Positions 36,162 to 44,422 of a stretch of DNA of 64,000 nt are shown here, piece after piece; positions within the stretch are counted from its first letter, which is position 1, and each line of letters opens with the position of its first letter. Location of the stretch: contig JAJEET010000157.1 of NCBI GenBank assembly GCA_022820835.1, positions 4,315 through 68,314 of the forward strand. Direction: 5' to 3'. The position numbers were made by a program, and so were the translations under genes. Source of the DNA: Candidatus Poribacteria bacterium. Lineage in GTDB: Bacteria; Poribacteria; WGA-4E; WGA-3G. The notes under the pieces were generated by a model. It was not told the origin of the DNA. It searched no databases and saw nothing but the letters and a program-made list of their open reading frames with translations.

Positions 36162-37430
36162 ATGAACGATTTTAACTTTATTGACCTCTTTGCTGGTATC
36201 GGTGGGATTCGCATTCCGTTTGAAAAGCTAGGCGGAACGTGTATGTTTAGTGCTGAATGGGATAAATATGCCCAACAGACCTACGCACATAACTTTGGCG
36301 AGACACCTGCTGGTGACATCACCAAGATTGACGAATCCGATATCCCGGATCACGATATTTTATTAGCAGGTTTTCCATGCCAACCCTTTAGCATTATTGG
36401 GGATAAACAGGGTTTTGAAGACACGCGCGGCACCCTGTTTTTTGACATCGTTCGGATTTTGAAGAAGAAGCAGCCGAGGGCGTTTCTCCTTGAAAATGTC
36501 AAGCAGTTGCTTACACATGACAAGGGACAAACCTTCGCGGTTATACAAGAACAATTGTCACGATTGGGCTATACCACCTATCACGAGGTGTTGAATGCTC
36601 TGGACTTCGGACTGCCACAAAAGCGGGAACGGATTTTCATTGTTGGATTTCGCGAACCGATAGCGTTTGCGTTTCCGAAGCCTATAGGTGCATATAAACC
36701 GCTCTCAGAGGTATTAGAACCTGACGAAATGGTTGAACCGAGTCTGTTTGCATCAGAACGCATCCAAAAGTCCCGACGTGAAAAGTGCAAAGGCACACCG
36801 TTTTTTCCATCCATTTGGCATGAAAACAAGGGCGGCAATATTTCAGTTTTGCCCTTTTCGTGTGCGCTAAGAGCCGGTGCCTCCTATAACTATCTTTTGG
36901 TGAACGGTATTCGGCGGCTCTCGCGTAGGGAAATGCTGCGTCTACAAGGGTTTCCTGAAGACTTCGAGATTATAGGCAACACGATGCAGATTAGAAAACA
37001 GACTGGAAACAGTGTCGCTGTGCCTGTTGTCCACGCTATCGCAGAAAAAATGCTGCAGGCATTACGACAACGTAAGCCAATGATACGCCTCGAGGAACAA
37101 TTGCTTCTTTTTGAAAACAGAATCAATGCTTATACCCATTCCGCAGATCGAATAATTATCGTCTGTAAGGAATCTGAGAAAGATATTCTTGTATCCGTCC
37201 TACAACAATTTGGCAGTGCCAATCGAATCCAGAGCATAATAACCGAGGATGAGCTCGATGAATGGTACGAGAAAGCCTTGCGCGGACAATCGTCTGAGCT
37301 AATTGGCACTAAGATATTGCAAAAAATCGCAAATGAAATAAAAGTTGAATCCCCTTCAACTACCTCAGAATTTGACGATTTTTTCAAAGAGCGTGGCTAT
37401 GACCAGTTATCACCTATTGATTTTTGGTAA
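36162..37430 (+). CDS. DNA (cytosine-5) methyltransferase with a 117-aa C-terminal extension
   Basis: Motif I FIDLFAGIGG, motif IV GFPCQPFS, motif VI LLENV, motif VIII QKRERIFIVG, motif X GNSVAVPV. The tail (nt 37077-37427) matches nothing I recognise. The ORF-track start at 36030 overlaps the upstream gene. Confidence 0.9.
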   Translation: MNDFNFIDLFAGIGGIRIPFEKLGGTCMFSAEWDKYAQQTYAHNFGETPAGDITKIDESDIPDHDILLAGFPCQPFSIIGDKQGFEDTRGTLFFDIVRILKKKQPRAFLLENVKQLLTHDKGQTFAVIQEQLSRLGYTTYHEVLNALDFGLPQKRERIFIVGFREPIAFAFPKPIGAYKPLSEVLEPDEMVEPSLFASERIQKSRREKCKGTPFFPSIWHENKGGNISVLPFSCALRAGASYNYLLVNGIRRLSRREMLRLQGFPEDFEIIGNTMQIRKQTGNSVAVPVVHAIAEKMLQALRQRKPMIRLEEQLLLFENRINAYTHSADRIIIVCKESEKDILVSVLQQFGSANRIQSIITEDELDEWYEKALRGQSSELIGTKILQKIANEIKVESPSTTSEFDDFFKERGYDQLSPIDFW

Positions 37431-37460
37431 CCTTAGATTTGGTAATTAGAAAGTTAAAAA

Positions 37461-38435
37461 ATGAGATTAAAATCCAGTAAGGCATTCCTTATTTCAGTTC
37501 TCTTGCATCTCGGTATTGGGGTGCTTGGTCTTTTCTATTGGTTTGGCACGGCACCGATGCGTGAGGATTCAAGTATCAATGCGCTGTTTGTCAGGGAAGA
37601 GAAGCCGAAAGTCAGACGCGTAACGCCGCCGAAGCGTGCACAACTTGTCCAGAAAAGGACACGCGCTACAAGCCAGCAACGCCTCAAAATCCTCACAAGT
37701 AACGCACCTGTCAGCGACCGAGGTGTGGTTTCTGCAGCGGATCCCGCGCCGTTCCAGCAGTTTGAGAGCGAAACTCTCGGTGAACCTATCGGACCGACGG
37801 CAACAGCAGTTGATTTCAACGATGTCCCGCGCGTCCAAAAGGTCATTGAAAGTCCGTTTGTCAAAAAGGAAAAGGTTGAAACCCGCTATAAGAGCCGGTT
37901 AGTGAAGTTTATTGAAGCGCAAGAGGGACCCCAGCGGATTGTCTATTGCGTGGACCTGTCGACCAGTATGCAAAATCTTCCACCATACAAACTTAAGAAG
38001 GTCATAGATCTCATGCGTGACTCGCTGACCTTCCTTGAACCACACGACAGTTTCAATATCGTGGCATTCAGCACGGAATTGGTCGTTTATCAGGAAAACT
38101 TTGTTCCTGTGAGTGATGAAACAGTCGCTGCGTCGTCGAACCATCTCGCCGACATCCAATCCCACATCCACACAAAAGGGACAGATCACGATATGCTAAC
38201 GGCATTGACAGAAATCGCTAAAACGGGTCCGACGCTTGTCGTCCTCTTTAGCGATGGCATTCCTACGACTATCGAGGGACCGGATCCGACGCTTGTTGGT
38301 CAATACGCCACAGGTAATGGTCGCATCTTCGCTATGGGTACCGGGATGTCTCCAAATTTTCCGGGTGCCGTCATGTTGAAACGCCTTGCCACTGTGAGCC
38401 AGGGAGATTTGTGGCTGGTTGATCGAGGCAGATAA
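37461..38435 (+). CDS. Membrane-anchored von Willebrand factor A (vWA) domain protein
   Basis: TonB-like N-terminal TM helix AFLISVLLHLGIGVLGLFYWF and a Pro/charged linker. vWA domain with MIDAS DLSTS (VYCVDLSTSM) and VVLFSDGIPT. Confidence 0.8.
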   Translation: MRLKSSKAFLISVLLHLGIGVLGLFYWFGTAPMREDSSINALFVREEKPKVRRVTPPKRAQLVQKRTRATSQQRLKILTSNAPVSDRGVVSAADPAPFQQFESETLGEPIGPTATAVDFNDVPRVQKVIESPFVKKEKVETRYKSRLVKFIEAQEGPQRIVYCVDLSTSMQNLPPYKLKKVIDLMRDSLTFLEPHDSFNIVAFSTELVVYQENFVPVSDETVAASSNHLADIQSHIHTKGTDHDMLTALTEIAKTGPTLVVLFSDGIPTTIEGPDPTLVGQYATGNGRIFAMGTGMSPNFPGAVMLKRLATVSQGDLWLVDRGR

Positions 38436-40277
38436 ATGGAAAACAGGATGCCTGATGCCAGCCTTGTACGTGCTGAAGATATTGCGCAAGGTCTGTATCC
38501 ACATCAAATAGAGGGTATTGCCTTCCTGCTGGGTCGTCGTCGTGCGCTGCTTGCCGATGATATGGGACTCGGCAAAACGCGTCAGTCCATTATTGCGATG
38601 GTTGAGGCGGAGGCTGAAGGTCCTTATCTTGTGATCTGTCCTGCCTCTATCAAACGCAACTGGACGCGCGAAATTGAAATCGTTTTTCCAGATGCCGAAC
38701 CTGCCATTGTTGGTACCGCGCCACTCCCACCTATAGATTACCGTGGTTGGATTATTGTCAACTATGAACTCCTGGGTAAAAACCTTGACCAACTCCTTGA
38801 ATTTGACTGGAAAGGCGTTGTTTTTGACGAAGCACATTATCTAAAAAATTACCAGAGTCAGCGAAGTCGAAACGCCTCAAAACTGGTTAAGGAGATAAAA
38901 CGTGACCTTGTTGTTCATGCGCTAACAGGGACGCCAATGACAAGCCGTCCTCGCGACCTTTTTCCGCTGTTGCAGATTCTGGATCATCCGCTCGGCAAGA
39001 GTTTCTTCAGTTTTGCCAAACGTTATTGTGAGGCGTATCAAGGCGATTTCGGGTTGGTGGCAGATGGTGCGAGCAACATCGAGGAATTGACAGTGCAACT
39101 ACACGGTGTCATGCTGCGCCGTACAAAAGATGAAGTGTTAGACCTTCCACCTAAGATACGAACCTGGATGGACGTTGAACTGCACCCTTACGCCATCGAG
39201 CACTTTAATCGGTTGGTACAAAACTTCATATCCAAATTTGACGCGCCTGAAGCTATTGATGGGACACCAGAATCCGTGGGGCTATCATCAGACCACCGCA
39301 ATGAATTAGATGATTCAATAGACACTACAGATTTAGGAACTGGCATGGGTAGGCTCACCCAAGTGCGTCGAGCGATTGCATTTGTCAAATGCCGTCACAC
39401 CATTAAATTCGTGGAAAATGCGCTGGAACAAGGCGAAAAGGTAATTATTTTTACATCCTTCCTGAATACAATGCAGCGTTTCCAAAGGCATTTCAAGGAT
39501 CGAGCGGTTTATGTTTCGGGTGAAGTTCCTGTTCACGAGCGACAGAATAGGGTTGACCGCTTTCAAAATGATGACGATCTCAAACTTTTCATAGCCAACA
39601 TGCATATAGCAGGTGTTGGTATCAATCTCACTGCGGCGCGCCAGATCGTTTTTAACGATTTAGATTGGGTGCCTGCTAACCACTGGCAAGCAGAAGATCG
39701 CGCGTATCGCATCGGTCAGACAGGGACCGTTAATGTCACCTATATGATTGCGACTGGAACTGTTGATTCGTTCGTGAAGACAGTCTTAGAAACAAAAGCA
39801 GCGTTGATGGATTCCATTGTTGAAGGATCAATTTTGATACCGGGAGGAGAGGCGACCCTTCAGTTAGATGTTCTCAGTGAGCTCAAGCGTATGATGAATG
39901 CGTTGTCTGTCCAAACGACTGAACTCGAAGAATCCGAAATCCATGATGTGCTTCAGAAAGCAGGGGACGCGTATCTTGAAGAGAACGCAGCACATCTCCA
40001 TGAAGCGACGCGCGCGCGGCTGCGTCCGTATTCCGAAGAAGCTATCCGCACGTTAGCACAAGTCCTTACGGGTCCCGAACGGAGCATCTATCACGCTGAG
40101 AGTTCATCACAGAAAGGCAAGTTTTATACGCTGGAGGTTATTGGTGTTGATGTAACGTGTGACTGTCCGGGTTTTACGCACCGTGGCAGTTGCCGACATG
40201 TTCGTCCACTGAAATCTGCCCTCGTTGCTGACAAACCGTTGCCGAAAGGGTATAAGCAAGTTTCACCGAAAAAGTGA
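38436..40277 (+). CDS. SNF2-family helicase/translocase with C-terminal SWIM zinc finger
   Basis: Motif I LADDMGLGKT, motif II DEAHYLKN, motif III LTGTP, motif VI QAEDRAYRIGQ. SWIM motif CDCPGFTHRGSCRHV at nt 40158-40199. The ATG abuts the vWA stop (TAAATG). Confidence 0.9.
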   Translation: MENRMPDASLVRAEDIAQGLYPHQIEGIAFLLGRRRALLADDMGLGKTRQSIIAMVEAEAEGPYLVICPASIKRNWTREIEIVFPDAEPAIVGTAPLPPIDYRGWIIVNYELLGKNLDQLLEFDWKGVVFDEAHYLKNYQSQRSRNASKLVKEIKRDLVVHALTGTPMTSRPRDLFPLLQILDHPLGKSFFSFAKRYCEAYQGDFGLVADGASNIEELTVQLHGVMLRRTKDEVLDLPPKIRTWMDVELHPYAIEHFNRLVQNFISKFDAPEAIDGTPESVGLSSDHRNELDDSIDTTDLGTGMGRLTQVRRAIAFVKCRHTIKFVENALEQGEKVIIFTSFLNTMQRFQRHFKDRAVYVSGEVPVHERQNRVDRFQNDDDLKLFIANMHIAGVGINLTAARQIVFNDLDWVPANHWQAEDRAYRIGQTGTVNVTYMIATGTVDSFVKTVLETKAALMDSIVEGSILIPGGEATLQLDVLSELKRMMNALSVQTTELEESEIHDVLQKAGDAYLEENAAHLHEATRARLRPYSEEAIRTLAQVLTGPERSIYHAESSSQKGKFYTLEVIGVDVTCDCPGFTHRGSCRHVRPLKSALVADKPLPKGYKQVSPKK

Positions 40278-40283
40278 TAGGAC

Positions 40284-41117
40284 TTAGTAATTTCTAATAA
40301 ACAATTCTTTTCCTTTCGCAGCACTATCCTTCCGATAATTGTTCATACCATATTGGAGTGTCCATTCTTGAATTTCGGCAAAATCAAAGAGCTCCCTGAT
40401 AGTAGATGAATCATCATAGGTAATCAGCCATCTGTGTGGACACTTCTTCATATTCTCAGCGAATTGTGCGTGGTCAAAGGTGGTATGCAGTTCGCCTCTC
40501 ACTCCGTATAGTTTCGAGCCAGCTGCTTTCCAATAGGGCGGGTCCAGAAAAATGAACACATCGTCGCCGTCTTGGAAAAGTGTGTTCGTGTAATCTGTGT
40601 TTGTGATTTTGACACCGGAAAGATGGGGTGAGATATTTTTGACGCGTTCTATGGACGATTCCGTGAAACGTTTCTCGTAAGCGGATTGTGAGTATCCACC
40701 AGAATCCACGACACCGGAGAAGGTAATGCGATTGAGGACGAAGAATCGCACCGCGCGTTGAAACTCACAGAGTAGGGCCCGATTTTGGTTTAGTTGATCT
40801 TTTACCTGTGTTAGTTCCTCAAACAAGGCGCGCCCGTCTACAGTAGTTGTGTACGTCTCTGTCAGGACCTCAACCAAGTTTGAGCCATTATCTCTTACCT
40901 GTTTCCAGAAACAGTAGAGATCGTAGTTGAGGTCGTTGATCCAGTAGGACTTGATATGCTCTTGAAAGAGGCTCCGAAGTGCAAAAAAGACAGACCCTCC
41001 ACCGACGAAAGGCTCACGAAATTCGGATATATTCACGGGAATAAGGGGTAGAATCTGTTTTAGAGCTCTGGATTTACCCCCTGGGTACCGCAGTGGACTT
41101 TTTGCTATTTTAGCCAT
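40284..41117 (-). CDS. Dam-like (D12 class) N6-adenine DNA methyltransferase
   Basis: N-terminus LRYPGGKSRAL, FxGxG-like motif FVGGGSVFF, catalytic motif FLDPPYW. The start overlaps the upstream endonuclease ORF by 8 nt. Confidence 0.9.
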   Translation of the reverse strand: MAKIAKSPLRYPGGKSRALKQILPLIPVNISEFREPFVGGGSVFFALRSLFQEHIKSYWINDLNYDLYCFWKQVRDNGSNLVEVLTETYTTTVDGRALFEELTQVKDQLNQNRALLCEFQRAVRFFVLNRITFSGVVDSGGYSQSAYEKRFTESSIERVKNISPHLSGVKITNTDYTNTLFQDGDDVFIFLDPPYWKAAGSKLYGVRGELHTTFDHAQFAENMKKCPHRWLITYDDSSTIRELFDFAEIQEWTLQYGMNNYRKDSAAKGKELFIRNY

Positions 41118-42252
41118 GATGACCTGTTATCCATATTTCTAATTTGTTATTTTCACGTGCTTCTTGGTTAAGCGAAATCAGCCTTTTTTGATATGTTTGT
41201 GTCAAGCGATTTTCTGCACAAAAATCAAAAATATCCTCTGTAGCACAAGGCAAAAACAGGCTGCCAACGAGATTACCCGTTAGTTTTAGTCGGGTCGTGA
41301 ACTCGACGTTTCTTCTCCGATCAACTGCGACTTCTTCCATATTTGCAAAAAGAATCAGTTTGAACAGCCCGTCCTTTATATCATTTTCAGATGGAAGTTG
41401 TCCTCTGCTACTATTCTTGGATTCTTGTATCACTAATGCGTCGTCTTCCCAATAAACTTCATCGGCTGTTAGATAATACTGCCCACCAAGATAGTTTGAA
41501 ATACGGAAAACGCTTTTAGCATTTTTTTCGAGGGATTCAAGGAGGTGTGTCGTTACAGATTCTCTATGAGCAGCCTCGTACGAGCGCGGGAGGGTTGCTT
41601 CCTTAAAGCATGTTAGACTGAAACAACCATCCGCCTTAAATTTCTCAAGAGTCTGCAAGTGATTCTTTGGACTGTGAACGGCGACATTTTTCTCTTGAGA
41701 TATTTTCTTGTATCCAGCAACGGCACTCAGATAAATTGGCTCAAAATCCTTTTCAAAATGCGTTGTGTTCCAATGTAACGCTGTCATCTGATACCGACTT
41801 ACTTCAAGCAATTTTTCATGCACGGCTTCAGCATTCAGGATCTGATCGGTAATTCGGTCTGTTGTACCAGATTTTTTCTCAGCATCCTCGTACCACGCCA
41901 AGATGATATAGATGTTTAGGAGATTCATCCATGAAAACGTGATGAAGTTAATCCGGTCATTGTTTTGTGTTCCTGCTCCTTCGTCTTTGATAATCGGAAT
42001 AATCGTGACCTTTTTTGTGTTAAGATGATATGTGTTATAAATCCGAGCAAATGGGTAAGAACGTGTTCGTTTCGGCGAAACCCATTTTGAAAATGCCAGA
42101 TTATTTTCTGCTCTCCCTAAATTAATCAGTCCGTACGCTTGCGCTTGGTTTACATTAAATTGTGTTATATCGTACACCTTTAGTGTATCTGGACCGAGAC
42201 ACGGTGTGTATCTTACATCTCTAACAAAACCTTCAAGGGAGAGATTTGTCAT
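41110..42252 (-). CDS. Candidate type II restriction endonuclease (PD-(D/E)xK-like)
   Basis: Sits immediately upstream of, and overlaps, the Dam-like methyltransferase. Candidate catalytic motif D-x12-E-S-K (TADEVYWEDDALVIQESK, nt 41416-41463). ATG 42252 has SD AAGGAAG. An alternative ATG at 42300 lies 11 nt after the -10 box. Confidence 0.55.
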   Translation of the reverse strand: MTNLSLEGFVRDVRYTPCLGPDTLKVYDITQFNVNQAQAYGLINLGRAENNLAFSKWVSPKRTRSYPFARIYNTYHLNTKKVTIIPIIKDEGAGTQNNDRINFITFSWMNLLNIYIILAWYEDAEKKSGTTDRITDQILNAEAVHEKLLEVSRYQMTALHWNTTHFEKDFEPIYLSAVAGYKKISQEKNVAVHSPKNHLQTLEKFKADGCFSLTCFKEATLPRSYEAAHRESVTTHLLESLEKNAKSVFRISNYLGGQYYLTADEVYWEDDALVIQESKNSSRGQLPSENDIKDGLFKLILFANMEEVAVDRRRNVEFTTRLKLTGNLVGSLFLPCATEDIFDFCAENRLTQTYQKRLISLNQEARENNKLEIWITGHHG

Positions 42253-42311
42253 TGAATACTTCCTTAGGGAAAAATTATGGGTGTTTAACTCAGAACACAT
42301 CTGCTATTTAA

Positions 42312-42340
42312 AGTATAACATGCCTCGCTTTAATTTTCAA
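42312..42340 (-). promoter_or_regulatory. Sigma-70-type promoter for the R-M operon
   Basis: On the minus strand: TTGAAA (42335-42340), a 17-nt spacer, then TATACT (42312-42317). Confidence 0.65.
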
Positions 42341-42372
42341 ATATTCATCTTTTCGTTATTCTAATTTTCTGC

Positions 42373-42401
42373 TTGACTTCTGGCTGGAAATCTCTTAAAA
42401 T
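42373..42401 (+). promoter_or_regulatory. Sigma-70-type promoter for the sulfatase gene
   Basis: TTGACT (42373-42378), a 17-nt spacer, then TAAAAT (42396-42401). Confidence 0.6.
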
Positions 42402-42441
42402 GAGGTAAGCCAAATCTGAACAGAGAGAGGAAAGCAGAGAT

Positions 42442-43809
42442 ATGCCACAAGACACAAATCAACCGAATGTTATTGTTTTTTTCACTGATCAACAGCGGTG
42501 GGACACCTCCGGTTTGCACGGTAACCCACTTGATCTGACCCCGAACTTTGACCGAATGGCACAGCACGGGACACATGTCCGGCGTTCGTTTACGTGCCAA
42601 CCTGTTTGCGGACCCGCGCGTTCATGCCTCCAAACGGGGTTATATGCGACTCGCACGGGCTGCTTCCGAAACGGTATTCCGCTGTCTCCGAACCTCAAGA
42701 CGCTTGCACACCATTTCGGCGAAGCAGGCTACGCCACCGGATATATCGGTAAGTGGCACCTCTATAGCGGGGGTGGTACTGGACCGGGCCCTGTGCCTGC
42801 GGAGCATCGCGGCGGGTATGATTACTGGTTAGCGTCCAATGTCCTCGAATTCACCTCCGATGCGTATCAGACGACCCTCTATGATAACGACAATAAACCG
42901 GTCGACCTTCCGGGTTATCGCGTAGACGCGCTCACCGACGCGGTTATCCGCTATGTCGATGGGCATCAAAACGAGCCTTTTTACCTCTTTACGTCATACA
43001 TCGAGCCGCACCACCAGAACCATTTGGACGATTACCCTCCACCGGACGGCTATCGAGAACGGTATACCGGGAAGTGGATACCGCCGGATCTCGCCGCGCT
43101 CGGTGGTTCGACACACCAGCATTTAGGCGGTTACTACGGTATGGTGAAAAGGTTGGACGAAGCACTCGGTCGTCTTCTGGATGCACTCAAGAGTCTACAT
43201 TTGCTCGACAATACGATCATCCTGTTTACCTCCGATCATGGGTGCCATTTCAAGACCCGTAACAGCGAATACAAACGTTCGTGCCATGAGAGTTCTATCC
43301 GTGTGCCGACTGCGTTCCACGGTGCTGAGTTCATGGGTGGCGGACAGATTCAAGACCTTGTCAGTCTTGTAGATCTCCCACCAACGCTGCTTGATGCAGC
43401 AGGTTTGGAAGTGCCTGCGGAGATGCAAGGTCGGTCGATTATGCCGTTGGTGCGTGGGGAAACAGAGGACTGGCCAGAGGAGGTCTTCGTTCAGATTAGC
43501 GAGGCACAGGTCGGACGCGCAGTTCGGACGCAACGCTGGAAATACGGTGTGGATGCACCGAATAGGGGCGGCGGTAAAGACGCTGGTTCAGATCGGTATG
43601 TGGAACAGTATCTTTATGATCTTCAGGCAGATCCATACGAGTTGCGGAATCTTGTTGGACTTCAATCGCATGAACCGGTTGCTGAGGTGATGCGTGAACG
43701 GCTCATTCGGCGGATGTTAGAGGCGGGTGAAGAGGCTCCGACGATTGAACCGGCACCGACACAACGGAGCGGACAGCGGAGTGTAACTGAAGCGGAGGCG
43801 AGAAATTAG
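42442..43809 (+). CDS. Cys-type sulfatase, no signal peptide
   Basis: N-terminus NVIVFFTDQQRWD, FGly motif CGPARSCLQTG, and FTSDHG. Confidence 0.9.
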   Translation: MPQDTNQPNVIVFFTDQQRWDTSGLHGNPLDLTPNFDRMAQHGTHVRRSFTCQPVCGPARSCLQTGLYATRTGCFRNGIPLSPNLKTLAHHFGEAGYATGYIGKWHLYSGGGTGPGPVPAEHRGGYDYWLASNVLEFTSDAYQTTLYDNDNKPVDLPGYRVDALTDAVIRYVDGHQNEPFYLFTSYIEPHHQNHLDDYPPPDGYRERYTGKWIPPDLAALGGSTHQHLGGYYGMVKRLDEALGRLLDALKSLHLLDNTIILFTSDHGCHFKTRNSEYKRSCHESSIRVPTAFHGAEFMGGGQIQDLVSLVDLPPTLLDAAGLEVPAEMQGRSIMPLVRGETEDWPEEVFVQISEAQVGRAVRTQRWKYGVDAPNRGGGKDAGSDRYVEQYLYDLQADPYELRNLVGLQSHEPVAEVMRERLIRRMLEAGEEAPTIEPAPTQRSGQRSVTEAEARN

Positions 43810-44422
43810 CATTGTATAAGTATGCCGCCCTTACAGGGCTATATTCTTCTCTGTCATAGGTACCCACAACCTGAAGGTTGGGGCTTGTGCTTCATAGCGA
43901 CCGCGGTTTTCTCAGAGAGTCCACCGTCTTATTATCGCTCCACAATAGCTGCCAAGCCAGCTATGCACCGAAGTGCCTGATCTTATGCGACATGTGATTT
44001 TTCAACGGGTGCGGTTTTGACACCTGCTACCCTATACATGCAACGGATACCCGAAGGGCTTTGTCAATATAGAGGTGTGCGGGCTTTTACGTGATTGTCT
44101 CAATCAACGAGCGTTCCGACAACGCATCAATCACAACCTATGCCGAACACTGTTATATTAGACGATTTGTTTTGAAAAAAGTTTAGGTTATTTGGACTAT
44201 CAACCCCTGTGCCGTCTACATCCCGCAAGCTAAAGCATGGGGATTTGACGGAAGAGTGTTAACGCTTTTCTATAAATATACCGTCCTTACAGGACTAAAG
44301 TAGCATTTGAAGCACCCCAGGTTTCCGCGTAAAATCCGGTGTAGTTGCAAATCACATTTGCTGGGTCTGGGAATCAGAATTTCGGAAAGCGTGTACGGAG
44401 TAGAAAGGTTTAAAATCAAAAA

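Noticed and set aside
38196-38837. 213-aa minus-strand ORF spanning the vWA/SNF2 junction.
   Set aside because: It overlaps two motif-supported + strand genes and has no recognisable domain.
36162-42300. Classifying the island as DISARM, BREX or Zorya.
   Set aside because: DrmB/DUF1998, PLD nuclease, PglZ, BrxC/BrxL and MotA-like genes are all absent. The OmpA/MotB-like genes are 13 kb away in a separate operon.
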